From Nibricoccus sp. (GTDB taxonomy: Bacteria > Verrucomicrobiota > Verrucomicrobiia > Opitutales > Opitutaceae), in the NCBI GenBank assembly GCA_047602425.1, contig JASGHG010000001.1:4480001-4544000 (forward strand): a stretch of 64,000 nt of DNA. Reading direction: 5' to 3'. A model generated the notes under the pieces. It was given only the letters and a program-made list of their open reading frames with translations. It was not told the origin of the DNA and did no database searches. The position numbers were made by a program, and so were the translations under genes. Below are positions 27,969-38,051 of this stretch, one piece after another; within the stretch, counting starts at the first letter, position 1; the number at the start of each line of letters is the position of its first letter.

Positions 27969-29777
27969 CTACGCCAAAGGCAGCGTGAGGCGCATCGTCG
28001 TGCCGGCGGGGCCGGTTTCTTGGAGCGCGATGTCGCCGTGGTGGCTGAGCAAAATGCGCTTCGCAATCGCGAGGCCGAGGCCGGTGCCGTCGGGGCGGCC
28101 GGAGAGGAACGAGTCGAAGATTTTTTCCCGCAGCGTTTCGGGCACGCCCCGACCGGTATCACGAATGTCAATACACACCACGCGTCCATTGGGCGCATCA
28201 CCGGTATGGCACGAAACCGCGATTTCACCGCCGTCGGGCATGGCTTGGGTGGAGTTGATGAGAAGGTTGAGCAGGACCTGCTGGATCTGTCCTTTGTGAA
28301 CGTCGACGACGAGCGGTTGCGAGGGATGATCGAAGCGAAGCGCGATTTTGCTCTGGGCGAGTTTCAGGCGGATCAGGATGAGCGTATCGTCGATGATATC
28401 GGTGATGGGCCAGCGTGAATGCAGACTCGACGGTGCTTTGGCAAAACTGAGCACGCGCGACACGATGGCTTCGAGTTGGTCGATTTTTTCGCTGATCACA
28501 CGGACGTCGGTCTTGCGTGGATCGCCTTCGTCGAAATCCAAGCCGAGGTTGAAATAGAGAAGCTTGATGACGGTGAGCGGGTTTCGGATCTCGTGTGCGA
28601 TTTCGGCGGCGAGCAGGCCCAAGGTGGTGAGCTGTTCGTTTTTGCGGAGGGATTCTTCGCTTTGGAAAACGCGGGTGTAGAGACGCGAGTTTTGCAGGGT
28701 GACGGCACCGAGGCTGGCGAGCGCGGCGATGAGGCGGCGTTCGTCGTTGTTGAAACGATGAATGTGATCGGTGAAAACGACGAGCACGCCGAGGACTTCC
28801 GACTCAAACGTGACAGGCGTCGCGAGCAGCGTGCGCAGGGCGGGATCGCGCGGAAGATCGAGGAGGTCGCGAAACTCCGGGCCTTGAATATTGGGAAATT
28901 CGAGCTGCTTGCGGGTGTGGATGACACCGGAAACGAAGCAGGAATCGGAAGGCAGATCCTGGCCGAGCACCTCGGAATTCGTGTTGGTGACGGAGGCTAG
29001 GCGGACAGATTGGTTCGGTTCGTTGTAAAGATAGAGGGCGCAGGCGCGGCACTGCATGATCTGGCGGGTGTCGCGGGTAAGAGCGTCGAAAAGTTCCTGC
29101 GGGCCGACCTTGGTGACGAGCGATTGGCCGATGGCAAGGAGGGATTCGAACTGGCGGGCTTTGTCACGCAAGTGACGCAGCTGCCAAAGGCGGGACATGA
29201 CAGCGGTGGCCTCCTGCGAGCAAAGAATGAGGAGCTGGAGGTCGGCTTCGTTGAAGGCGCCGACAGTGTCCTGGTCGACGTTGATGACGCCAATGGTCTG
29301 GCCATTGTCTTCCATTGGCACCGCCATTTCGGAACGGACCTCGGTGCGAATGGCGATATAACGTGGATCGGCTTTGACGTCGGCGATGAGCAAGGGCTTG
29401 CCGTGGAAGGCAACCCAGCCGGTGATGCCTTGCCCGAGGCGCAGACCCACTTCATCCGTTTCAGGAGGGAGACCTTGCTGGACCTCGATTTCGAGTTTCC
29501 CTGTGTCGGGATTAAGCAGGGCAATGGAACCCGAGGCTGCGTGGAGCGTGGCGATGATTTCGGCAAGGATCGAGCGGAGGGCGACGCGGGGATCCTCCGT
29601 GCGGCCGACAAGCGAGCTGATGCGATACAGGACAGGAAGGGTGCGCGGATCAAAAGAGCCGGGCAACGGTGCGGCGGGCAAGGGCGGGACGGAATTGCCG
29701 GTCGGAGAATTTTCCACACCGGCGATATGAACGGAAAGCGCGGGCGAGACGAGGATTTCCTGCTGGTTGTCCGCCAC
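27969..29777 (-). CDS. Cytoplasmic GAF-GAF sensor histidine kinase
   Basis: Two GAF-like domains, AHEIRNPL H-box, N-box, DTGRG and GTGLGL. No TM segments. Confidence 0.92.
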   Translation of the reverse strand: MADNQQEILVSPALSVHIAGVENSPTGNSVPPLPAAPLPGSFDPRTLPVLYRISSLVGRTEDPRVALRSILAEIIATLHAASGSIALLNPDTGKLEIEVQQGLPPETDEVGLRLGQGITGWVAFHGKPLLIADVKADPRYIAIRTEVRSEMAVPMEDNGQTIGVINVDQDTVGAFNEADLQLLILCSQEATAVMSRLWQLRHLRDKARQFESLLAIGQSLVTKVGPQELFDALTRDTRQIMQCRACALYLYNEPNQSVRLASVTNTNSEVLGQDLPSDSCFVSGVIHTRKQLEFPNIQGPEFRDLLDLPRDPALRTLLATPVTFESEVLGVLVVFTDHIHRFNNDERRLIAALASLGAVTLQNSRLYTRVFQSEESLRKNEQLTTLGLLAAEIAHEIRNPLTVIKLLYFNLGLDFDEGDPRKTDVRVISEKIDQLEAIVSRVLSFAKAPSSLHSRWPITDIIDDTLILIRLKLAQSKIALRFDHPSQPLVVDVHKGQIQQVLLNLLINSTQAMPDGGEIAVSCHTGDAPNGRVVCIDIRDTGRGVPETLREKIFDSFLSGRPDGTGLGLAIAKRILLSHHGDIALQETGPAGTTMRLTLPLA

Positions 29778-29822
29778 CCATGTTCCATCCGATCGTCAAT
29801 GGAGCGAAAACATAAAAACCAG

Positions 29823-29841
29823 AGTAACCTAATAGGTTACT
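29823..29841. repeat. TAATA-centred palindrome, copy 2 (variant arms)
   Basis: AGTAACCTAATAGGTTACT. Confidence 0.7.
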
Positions 29842-29899
29842 TTGTCGGGATGAGGTTTCTCTGGTTTAAGAACGACTGTTTGTCGTTTTGCACGCTACT

Positions 29900-31288
29900 T
29901 CAGCGAGCGCCGCGACCGAAGAGGACGACGGGGAGGGTGGCGATCATGATTTTCAGATCGAGCCAGAGCGTCCATTGATCGATGTACGCGAGATCGAGGC
30001 GAACCCATTCGTCGAAGTCAGTGATGTCATTGCGACCGTTGACCTGCCAGAGACACGTAAGTCCGGGACGCACGCTGTGACGACGGCGATGGGCGTCGTC
30101 GCTGAATTTTTTAACCTCTTTCACAGGCAAGGGGCGTGGGCCCACGAGACTCATTTCGCCGCGAAGCACATTCCAAAGTTGTGGAAGTTCGTCGACGCTG
30201 TAGCGCCGGATGAAGCGGCCGATGGGCGTAATGCGCGGGTCTTTGGTGATTTTAAAGACGGGACCGGTCATTTCGTTGAAGGTGGCGAGACTGGCCTGTT
30301 CTTTTTCCGCGCCGGTGCGCATGGAGCGGAATTTGTACATGGTGAATGGTTTTCCATTCAGGCCGGCGCGGGTCTGTTTGAAAACGGCGGGGCCTTTCGA
30401 GGAAAATTTGATCAACGCTGCGATGACGAGAAGCGCGGGCCCGAGGAAAAGAAGCAGGAGGGCGGCGCCCACGATGTCGATGATGCGTTTGAACAACTGA
30501 TGGCTGGGCCGAACCGGCTGCGCGTGATAGTGGATGACCGGTTCGCCGGCGAACCAGTCGACACTCATGCCAAAGGGGCTGCGCGCAAAAACGCCCGGGC
30601 GGACGATAACCGTGACCCCTTCGCGTTCGCAGGTGGAAAGAATCGGAAGCAGCCGGCCGGTATCGAGGCCCGCCAGATTGAAGACCACGGCGTTGATCGA
30701 GTAATCGTGGAGGATGGCGATGAGTTGTTCAATCGACTCGGAACGCGGATCGAATTCGCTGATGCTTTCAATTTGTTCGCGTTCGTCAGCGGAGAGAGCC
30801 TCGCGCAGAAGTCGATTTTCCTCGGGCACGCCGACCCAGAGAATGCGTTGACGGTACTGGCTGCGCGCACGTGAGGTCGCGGCAAAATGGAGGAAGAGTT
30901 CGTGGCGAATGTAGCAGAGAAGTCCGCCGCAGGTGCACGCCAGGATGATAACAGAACGCGCAAAGTCGGCCCTAAAAAGGAACAGGAGCAGCACCATCGC
31001 GATCGTCGCGAAGGTGATGGCGCGCATAACCAGAAAGATATTGCTCCACCGGGAAATCACGCGTTGTTGGTGATAAAATCCCTGCTTCGAAAGCGTCGCG
31101 GGGCCAATGACCGCGATGGAAGGGAGCAACCAAAGGTATTTGCTGAATTCGCGCAGCGGGGCCAATTCGAAGTAGGTAAACGAAAGGGACGCGCGCAAAT
31201 AGTAGGCGCCGACAAGCGCGAGGATGAAGAGCAGTCCGTCGCTGATCTGCAAAAGTCGAATGCGGATCTGTCGAGTGGGTGTCAGCAA
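29900..31288 (-). CDS. Polyprenyl-phosphate sugar phosphotransferase (WcaJ/EpsB-like priming glycosyltransferase)
   Basis: KRIIDI, KFRSM, DPRIT, DELPQLWNVLRGEMSLVGPRP and PGLT motifs. Confidence 0.93.
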   Translation of the reverse strand: MLTPTRQIRIRLLQISDGLLFILALVGAYYLRASLSFTYFELAPLREFSKYLWLLPSIAVIGPATLSKQGFYHQQRVISRWSNIFLVMRAITFATIAMVLLLFLFRADFARSVIILACTCGGLLCYIRHELFLHFAATSRARSQYRQRILWVGVPEENRLLREALSADEREQIESISEFDPRSESIEQLIAILHDYSINAVVFNLAGLDTGRLLPILSTCEREGVTVIVRPGVFARSPFGMSVDWFAGEPVIHYHAQPVRPSHQLFKRIIDIVGAALLLLFLGPALLVIAALIKFSSKGPAVFKQTRAGLNGKPFTMYKFRSMRTGAEKEQASLATFNEMTGPVFKITKDPRITPIGRFIRRYSVDELPQLWNVLRGEMSLVGPRPLPVKEVKKFSDDAHRRRHSVRPGLTCLWQVNGRNDITDFDEWVRLDLAYIDQWTLWLDLKIMIATLPVVLFGRGAR

Positions 31289-31306
31289 GGGCGGGGAAGC
31301 GGATGG

Positions 31307-32392
31307 TTATTGGTAGAGCTTGATGAACTTTTTCCCGCCCGGCTCGGTAAAGGTGATAACGCCCGGTTCGATCTTCACGAGTTTCAATTCGAGGCCGGGG
31401 TCGACCATGTCGCCTACATTGAAGAGACGGTCGTTGAGGATGACTTTGCTGCCCTTGTCGGAGATGCGGACGCTGGTGACGCGAAGACGGTCGATGAAGT
31501 TTTGAATTCGCGTCGCGTTGTTGACCGGAGCCGGCGCGCGCGGAGCGTAGATCGGAGGCAGCGCGGCGGGAGCGGGCTGGGCCGGAGCCGGCGCGGACGC
31601 AGCGGGCGGAGTCGAGTCGGGCGGAAGCGAAACGACGGGCGCCGTGGCGGTGGCAGCTGGTTTGGTGGCCGGGGCGGGCGCGGGAGCCGGCGTGGATTTG
31701 GCAGTGGCGGCGGGTTTTGTCGGGAACGAAATAGTGGGCGGCGGCTCGGCCGCTGCGACGGCGGACGCGGGAGGCTCGGCCTTTTCCGGCTCTGGCGTTG
31801 TGACCGGCGGGATTTCTCGTGTGGGAGCGACTGGAGGAGTCGGAGGCGGCAGGCTGGGCGTGGGAACGGCAACGGCGACTTGGAGCGGTGCGACTTGTTC
31901 GACTTGGGGCTTGGAGGAGACCGAATCGTTGCGTCCCATGGTGACGACGAGTCGCACGACAATGGCCACGGCGGCAATGCAGCCCAGGGCAATCCAGAAG
32001 GTTTTCTGTGCGCTGGAGCGCGGACGTCCGGACTCTGTTTCGTCGTCGCCGGAAGGATTGTAGCGAATGGACGAGACGCGCGGCCTGGTTTGGTTAGGCG
32101 TGGCGGGTTGTTCGGCAGGATCGATCTGCGGAATCGAATAATTGACAATCGGAGGGAGCGGAACGCGGCGCGGACCGGGTCCGCCGGTGGGTTTTAGAGG
32201 TGGTATGGGAAGTTGCGGCCGGTCGGGGGGCGGGGGTGGCGCCGGAATCTTGCGCTTTACGTCGTCGGGGTGTGGTTGCGAAATCGTGTCGGGGGCGGGC
32301 GGACGCGGTGGCGGTGCGGGAGGCGTTTGGGCCGCCGCTTCCTGAGCCCGTTTTTCCTGGGCTTTTTTTAGCGCGTCGTTGATCAGGCTCAT
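31307..32392 (-). CDS. ExeB/GspB-like Pro-rich bitopic protein
   Basis: MSLINDALKKAQ N-terminus, single TM, Pro/Ala linker, small C-terminal beta domain. Follows an ExeA-like gene. Confidence 0.7.
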   Translation of the reverse strand: MSLINDALKKAQEKRAQEAAAQTPPAPPPRPPAPDTISQPHPDDVKRKIPAPPPPPDRPQLPIPPLKPTGGPGPRRVPLPPIVNYSIPQIDPAEQPATPNQTRPRVSSIRYNPSGDDETESGRPRSSAQKTFWIALGCIAAVAIVVRLVVTMGRNDSVSSKPQVEQVAPLQVAVAVPTPSLPPPTPPVAPTREIPPVTTPEPEKAEPPASAVAAAEPPPTISFPTKPAATAKSTPAPAPAPATKPAATATAPVVSLPPDSTPPAASAPAPAQPAPAALPPIYAPRAPAPVNNATRIQNFIDRLRVTSVRISDKGSKVILNDRLFNVGDMVDPGLELKLVKIEPGVITFTEPGGKKFIKLYQ

Positions 32393-32410
32393 CGCAGAGG
32401 GCGAAAGCGG

Positions 32411-33229
32411 TTATTCTTCGATCAGTTTCTTGAGATCTTTGACCGCACGGCGGACGTCCCAGTAATTTACCTCATCCGATTCACGAATAAAGGCGGAGAG
32501 GAGGGATTTATCGCAGAGATTATTGACCACACGGGGAATTCCCTTGGAGAAACCGTGGATTTTGCGCATGGCCGAGGCGGTGAACACCGGGCGGCCATTC
32601 CAGCCGGCGGTCGACATGCGGTGGTTGACGTAGTGGGCCAGTTCATACGGATCAAGCGGAGTCAGTTCGCAGTGAACGAGGATGCGCTGGCGGAGTTGAC
32701 GGAGTTCGGGACGTTTAAGCACGGCTTTGAGCTCGGGCTGGCCGATGAGGACGATCTGCAAAAGTTTTTGCTGATCCGTTTCGAGATTGGAGAGCAGACG
32801 GATTTGTTCGAGGACCTCGAAGGAAAGATTTTGGGCCTCGTCGATGATGAGCACAATGTCGCGGCCGGCGGTGATGCGGCTGAGAAGCACTTTGTTCATC
32901 TGAAGCACGAGGTCGTGCGGGTTGTCGGCGGTGGTTTCCTCGCCCAGCTCATGGAGGATGGCGCGGAGCATCTGGTTTTCGTTGATGCGCGGATTGAGAA
33001 TGAGCGCGGTGTCGAAACGGGCAGGATCGAGCTCGTTGAGGAAACGACGGCAGAGCGTGGTTTTGCCGCAACCGACTTCGCCAACGATTACGATGAAACC
33101 TTTGTGCTGCTCGACCCCGAATTTGAGGTGGTGCAGCGCTTCTTGGTGGGTGGGGCTGAGGTATAGGAATTTTGGATCCGGTGTGATGTTGAAAGGCATC
33201 TCATTGAATCCGTAGTAGCTCTTGTACAT
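32411..33229 (-). CDS. ExeA/GspA-family AAA ATPase
   Basis: PFNITPDP, GEVGCGKT, IIDEAQNL, GQPEL, RQLRQR and GIPRVVN motifs. Confidence 0.92.
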   Translation of the reverse strand: MYKSYYGFNEMPFNITPDPKFLYLSPTHQEALHHLKFGVEQHKGFIVIVGEVGCGKTTLCRRFLNELDPARFDTALILNPRINENQMLRAILHELGEETTADNPHDLVLQMNKVLLSRITAGRDIVLIIDEAQNLSFEVLEQIRLLSNLETDQQKLLQIVLIGQPELKAVLKRPELRQLRQRILVHCELTPLDPYELAHYVNHRMSTAGWNGRPVFTASAMRKIHGFSKGIPRVVNNLCDKSLLSAFIRESDEVNYWDVRRAVKDLKKLIEE

Positions 33230-33358
33230 GTCGGTGGGGCATTTATTAACGATATCGGCGAAAGGCACGCAAAAATTGCGTAGGTACGTTTGGAACATCT
33301 ACTTTTGAAACGTCCTTTACAAGCCTTGGGGTGAGTCGTTTATCTCCGGCATCCTCCA

Positions 33359-33697
33359 TTGAACTTCCGCCGTCTGATCATCGTATTTTATCTGCTGCTG
33401 TTCCTGTGTCTCGCGATCGGCTCGGGGGTTTTCTTCCTACAGACACGTCGACAATACCAACAGCTGCTGAAAAACGAGGCGGAGAGCCGTCAATTGCTGG
33501 CGGAGGCGCAGTTGAAATTGCGTGAGCAGGAAAAAATTCTCGACCGCTTGCGAAACGATCCGGCCTTCGTCGAACTCGTGATCCGCCGCCAGCTCGGCTA
33601 TGCGAAACCCGAGGAAATGATTTTCCGGTTTGAGTCGGTGGGCGAACAAGACCTGCGTCGCGACGATGGCGCGCGCAACCCGCGTCGTATCCCGTGA
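33359..33697 (+). CDS. Septum formation initiator (FtsB/DivIC family)
   Basis: TM plus coiled coil, DPAFVELVIRRQLGYAKPEE. TTG start. Confidence 0.85.
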   Translation: MNFRRLIIVFYLLLFLCLAIGSGVFFLQTRRQYQQLLKNEAESRQLLAEAQLKLREQEKILDRLRNDPAFVELVIRRQLGYAKPEEMIFRFESVGEQDLRRDDGARNPRRIP

Positions 33698-33776
33698 TCC
33701 TGCAATCGCGCGCGGGAAATAGCATTGCCGCGGGGCCGGTGGCGTTTTTTCAATAACCCCTTTTCTTATCAGCAAC

Positions 33777-35204
33777 ATGGCCACACCTTCGATCATCGAA
33801 ACGTTTCGCAACGCCGGACAGGGGCAGGTTTTCGCCTTCTTCGACCAACTCACACCGGCCGAACAGGAGCGCTTGCTGGCCGATGCGGCGGAAATCGATC
33901 TCGCGGAAATCGACCGGCTTTGCCGAACCTTGTTGGTTAAGGGCGCAGCCGCGGTGAATCTCGAGGGCATCACGCCGGCCCCATACGAGCCGCTTCCTGA
34001 AAACGGTGGCAACGGCTCCGAATGGGCTCGCGCGAAAGGTGCGGGCGAGGCGGCGTTGCGCGCGGGCAAGGTTGCGGCCTTCGTGGTCGCGGGCGGGCAG
34101 GGCACCCGGCTCGGCTACGACGGCCCGAAAGGCACGTATCCGGTTTCACCGATCAAGAAGAAACCGCTATTCCAGATTTTTGCCGAAAAGATCCGCGCCG
34201 CCGGCCTGCGTTACGGAAAACCGATCCACTGGTTCATCATGACGAGTCACGCCAACCACGTGGCGACCGAGACATTTTTCAAAGAGAATAATTTCTTCGG
34301 GCTCGACGCCGGCCGCGTGCATTTTTTCCGCCAGGGACGCATGCCCGCTGTGGACTTAAACGGCAAGATTCTCCTCGAAACGAAAAGCTCCATCGCGATG
34401 AGTCCCGATGGCCACGGCGGTTCGCTTCGCGCGCTGGAGCGCAGCGGCGCGTTGGACCTCATGAAGCGCGAGGGCATCGACACGCTGAGCTTTTTCCAAG
34501 TCGACAACCCACTGGTCCGCGTGATCGATCCGGCTTTCATCGGCTTCCACCTTTTGCGTGGTTCGGAAATGTCCAGCAAGACGGTGACCAAGGCCTATCC
34601 CGAGGAGAAAGTCGGCCACTTCTGCATCCAGAACGGCAAATTGATCGTCGTCGAGTACAGCGATCTCCCGCTCGAACTCCAGCGCGCGACCGACGCCCAC
34701 GGGAAGCTCCGTTACCTCGCTGGCAGCATCGCTATTCACGCGCTCGATCGCGAATTCATCCACCGTATGGCGGCCGGAGGCGAAGGCGTGGCGCTGCCAT
34801 TCCATCGTGCCGATAAAAAAATTCCCACCGTCGATGCCGCGGGCAATCCGGTGAAGCCTGAGAAGGCCAACGGTGTGAAATTCGAGATGTTTGTCTTCGA
34901 CGCGCTACCATTTTCCCGGCAGCCGGTCGTGATCGAAACGCGCCGCGCCGACGACTTCAGTCCGGTGAAAAACGCCGAAGGCATCGATTCACCCAAAACC
35001 TGCCGCGAGGACCAAATGCGCCAGTTCGCCCGCTGGCTCAAGCTGGGCGGCAAACCCGTCGAGGTAGACCCAACCGGACTGCCGAAGATCGACGTCGAGG
35101 TGTCGCCGCTTTTTGGATACGACGAGGATTCGTTCCTCGACAGTCTCGGCAAGCGTTCTCTCAAGCGCGACGAACTCAACCACGGACCCCTTTATCTCGA
35201 ATAA
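33777..35204 (+). CDS. UDPGP type 1 family nucleotidyltransferase (eukaryote UAP1-like UDP-hexNAc pyrophosphorylase)
   Basis: AGGQGTRLG-PKG, PDGHGG, VDNPL, VEYS, KFEMFVFD and FSPVKN motifs. Confidence 0.9.
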   Translation: MATPSIIETFRNAGQGQVFAFFDQLTPAEQERLLADAAEIDLAEIDRLCRTLLVKGAAAVNLEGITPAPYEPLPENGGNGSEWARAKGAGEAALRAGKVAAFVVAGGQGTRLGYDGPKGTYPVSPIKKKPLFQIFAEKIRAAGLRYGKPIHWFIMTSHANHVATETFFKENNFFGLDAGRVHFFRQGRMPAVDLNGKILLETKSSIAMSPDGHGGSLRALERSGALDLMKREGIDTLSFFQVDNPLVRVIDPAFIGFHLLRGSEMSSKTVTKAYPEEKVGHFCIQNGKLIVVEYSDLPLELQRATDAHGKLRYLAGSIAIHALDREFIHRMAAGGEGVALPFHRADKKIPTVDAAGNPVKPEKANGVKFEMFVFDALPFSRQPVVIETRRADDFSPVKNAEGIDSPKTCREDQMRQFARWLKLGGKPVEVDPTGLPKIDVEVSPLFGYDEDSFLDSLGKRSLKRDELNHGPLYLE

Positions 35205-35207
35205 GCC

Positions 35208-37169
35208 ATGACCACGTTGGAAAAAATTCAATCGGCCGCCAAAGCCGGCCAGCTTCTCGCCTCGACCAATGAAAACCTCCAAGCCTGGCTGAATGCAGGC
35301 TTGCCTGCTTGGGCCGTGGCCAGCATCGACGAACTCGTTGCGCAGCAGGCGTGGGCCGAATTGAACGACCGGTTTTATCGCTATCTTGAATTTGGCACGG
35401 GCGGCATGCGTGGACGCACGATCGGCGTGGTATCGACGAAAGCCGAGTCCGGCCAGCTTGGCGAGCAAGGCACACCCGAACATGCCGCTATCGGCAGCAA
35501 TGTGTTGAACGATTTTACGCTCATCCGCGCGACGGTCGGCTTGTTCCGCTACACGCACAGCTTTCTGGCGAAGTCGTCCCGGAGTGAATTGCCGAAGCTG
35601 GTGATCGCCCATGACGTCCGCCACTTCTCCCGGCATTTCTGCGAGCTTGCCGCCTCCACGTGGACAAAACTCGGAGGCACCGCGTATATTTTCGAAGGTC
35701 CGCGCTCAACGCCACAACTCAGTTTTTCGGTGCGCTATCTGAAAGCGCATGCCGGCGTCGTCATTACCGCCAGCCACAATCCTCCTCACGATAATGGCTT
35801 CAAGGCCTACTTCGAAGACGGCGGTCAGGTGGTTCCACCGCACGACACTTCGATTGTGGCCGAGGTGAACAAGGTTTCCCTCGACCAAGTCGGTCAGTTT
35901 CTCTCCAAGGACTTGGTTCGGGTCATTACACTCGGCCGGGCGGCGGACGACGCTTATCTGGCGGTTGCGCAAAAAGCGTTGCTCGATCCAGCGGTGTTTC
36001 GCAAAGCCAAGCTCAAGGTTGCTTTTACCAATATCCATGGCACGGGCGCGATCGCCTCGGTGCCGTTGCTGCTGCATGCCGGCGCGGAAGTGCACGAAGT
36101 CGCGGAACAGCTGAATTTCGATCCACGCTTCCCGACGGTGAAATCGCCAAACCCGGAAAACGCGGAAGCGCTTTCCAAAGCGGTTGCGCTGGCCGAAGCG
36201 AAAGGGCTCGATCTGGTCCTCGCCACCGATCCGGATTGCGACCGCATGGGCTGCGCCGTGCGCAATCGCGAAGGCAAAATGGAACTCCTCACCGGCAACC
36301 AAATCGGTGCCATGCTCGCCGAGTATCGAATTAGCAAATACAAGGAGCTCGGTTGGATTCCCAAGGGCGGCGTGGCCTCGGCCGTGTTGATCAAAACATT
36401 CGTAACCTCGCCATTGCAGGATGCGATCGGCCACGCGCACGGCGTCAAAGTCATCAACACGCTGACGGGTTTCAAATGGATCGCGGCCAAGATTCGTGGC
36501 TATGAGGAACATCTTAAAACGAAGATACTTTCTTCCGAGGGAATTGCGCTCGACTACGACGCCACGCCGTTTGAAAGCCGCGCGAAGCTGTTGCAGAAAT
36601 ACAGCACCTTCTACCTTTTCGGCGGCGAAGAGAGCTACGGATATCTCGGCAACGACTACGTGCGCGACAAGGATGGCAACGCTGCTTGCTTAATGCTCGC
36701 CGAATTGTGCGCTTGGGTGAAAAGCCGCGGCATGGCTGTGACCGAATATCTGGACGATATTTATCTGCGCTACGGCTTCTTCCTCGAAGGCGTAATCAAC
36801 ATCTACTACGAGGGCGCAAGTGGCGCTGCGAAAATCAAACGCATCCTGGATACCTATCGCTCGGAACCGCCAAAAACATTTGGCGACGTTGCCGTGACAA
36901 AGTTCCAGGATTTCGGCCGTGAGCACGTTTTCGATGCCGACGGTGAACAGATTCCCTCGCAAGATCTCTATTTTGTAACGCTGGCTAATGGTTATAGCTT
37001 TGCGGCGCGCGGCAGCGGCACGGAGCCGAAGATGAAGTTTTACCTTTTCGCCCACGCGAAGGCGGCCGATGCCGGGGCGCTGAAAACGGTCAAGACTCAG
37101 GTCAAAATCGAACTCGACCGGGTGCGCGCGTTGATTGAAGCCGACGCGAAGAAACGAGCCGAAGGCTGA
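35208..37169 (+). CDS. Phosphohexomutase (PGM/PMM family)
   Basis: FGTGGMRG, TASHNP, DPDCDR, EESYG, DKDG and RGSGTEPKMKFY motifs. Confidence 0.93.
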   Translation: MTTLEKIQSAAKAGQLLASTNENLQAWLNAGLPAWAVASIDELVAQQAWAELNDRFYRYLEFGTGGMRGRTIGVVSTKAESGQLGEQGTPEHAAIGSNVLNDFTLIRATVGLFRYTHSFLAKSSRSELPKLVIAHDVRHFSRHFCELAASTWTKLGGTAYIFEGPRSTPQLSFSVRYLKAHAGVVITASHNPPHDNGFKAYFEDGGQVVPPHDTSIVAEVNKVSLDQVGQFLSKDLVRVITLGRAADDAYLAVAQKALLDPAVFRKAKLKVAFTNIHGTGAIASVPLLLHAGAEVHEVAEQLNFDPRFPTVKSPNPENAEALSKAVALAEAKGLDLVLATDPDCDRMGCAVRNREGKMELLTGNQIGAMLAEYRISKYKELGWIPKGGVASAVLIKTFVTSPLQDAIGHAHGVKVINTLTGFKWIAAKIRGYEEHLKTKILSSEGIALDYDATPFESRAKLLQKYSTFYLFGGEESYGYLGNDYVRDKDGNAACLMLAELCAWVKSRGMAVTEYLDDIYLRYGFFLEGVINIYYEGASGAAKIKRILDTYRSEPPKTFGDVAVTKFQDFGREHVFDADGEQIPSQDLYFVTLANGYSFAARGSGTEPKMKFYLFAHAKAADAGALKTVKTQVKIELDRVRALIEADAKKRAEG

Positions 37170-37195
37170 TTTTTTTTATTCCCTCGCGCAGGACG

Positions 37196-37222
37196 GGCCC
37201 GGATTTTTGCCGGGCCTTTTTT
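37196..37222 (+). terminator. Intrinsic terminator between convergent genes
   Basis: GGCCCGG-loop-CCGGGCC-T6. Confidence 0.75.
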
Positions 37223-38051
37223 ATTTGGTTATTATTTCACTGACGGGGGTCGGCGTCGCGACACTCAATCCCGCAGCCTGCTGCAGGATGGCCTTTACTT
37301 TAGCGGTATCGAAGGGTTTTAGGAGGTAACCTGAAATATTGAGTTGGGCGAGTGCGCGAACCTGTTCGCGATCGTGCTCGGCGGAGATGACAACCACGCG
37401 CATCTTGCGCAGACTCGGATCTTCACGGATGAGCTGGATGAAACCGAAGCCGTCGACTCTGGGCATCCGCAAGTCCACGAGGATGAGGTCGGGTCGCAAG
37501 CCGGCATGGAGGCGATCGAGCGCATCCTGTCCATCCTGAGCCATGACAATTTCCCAGCTTGGTTCGGTTTTGAAAATTTCCTTCAACGCGGCGCGTTCGG
37601 TGACGTTGTCGTCGGCGATCAACGCGGTGTGCTTGAGAAGATTTTTGGTGTAAAGGGTTGGGTTGGCACTTGACCGCGCGAGGAGCGGACGAAGGGTGGC
37701 GAGCGTCTTTTCGGCATTGTAGGGTTTGAGCAGGTAGCCGGCGATGCTGAGTTTGGCGAGGGCGACAATGGTATCCTTGTCGCGGGTGCCGGAAGCGACG
37801 ACGACTTTGATGTCGCGAAGCAAGGGGTCCCGGCGCATGCGTGTGAGCATTTCGAGCCCGTCGAGGCGGGGCATTCTCAAATCGAGCAGACAGATGTCGG
37901 GGCGCAGGCCGTCGCAGAGCAAGTCTATGGCTTCCTGTCCATCTTTGGTTTCGGTGACTTCCCAGCCGGGTTCGGCCTTGAGGATCGCGCGCAAGGCGGT
38001 GCGCTCGGTTTCCTGATCGTCTGCGATCAAAATGCGTTTGGTTGTGTTCAT
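37221..38051 (-). CDS. Response regulator with two tandem receiver domains
   Basis: Two similar ADD...DLRMP...GYLLKP units and no output domain. Confidence 0.9.
   Translation of the reverse strand: MNTTKRILIADDQETERTALRAILKAEPGWEVTETKDGQEAIDLLCDGLRPDICLLDLRMPRLDGLEMLTRMRRDPLLRDIKVVVASGTRDKDTIVALAKLSIAGYLLKPYNAEKTLATLRPLLARSSANPTLYTKNLLKHTALIADDNVTERAALKEIFKTEPSWEIVMAQDGQDALDRLHAGLRPDLILVDLRMPRVDGFGFIQLIREDPSLRKMRVVVISAEHDREQVRALAQLNISGYLLKPFDTAKVKAILQQAAGLSVATPTPVSEIITK

Noticed and set aside
31560..31900. Low-complexity GC-rich repeats in the ExeB-like gene
   Set aside because: They are explained by the Pro/Ala-rich linker coding sequence.
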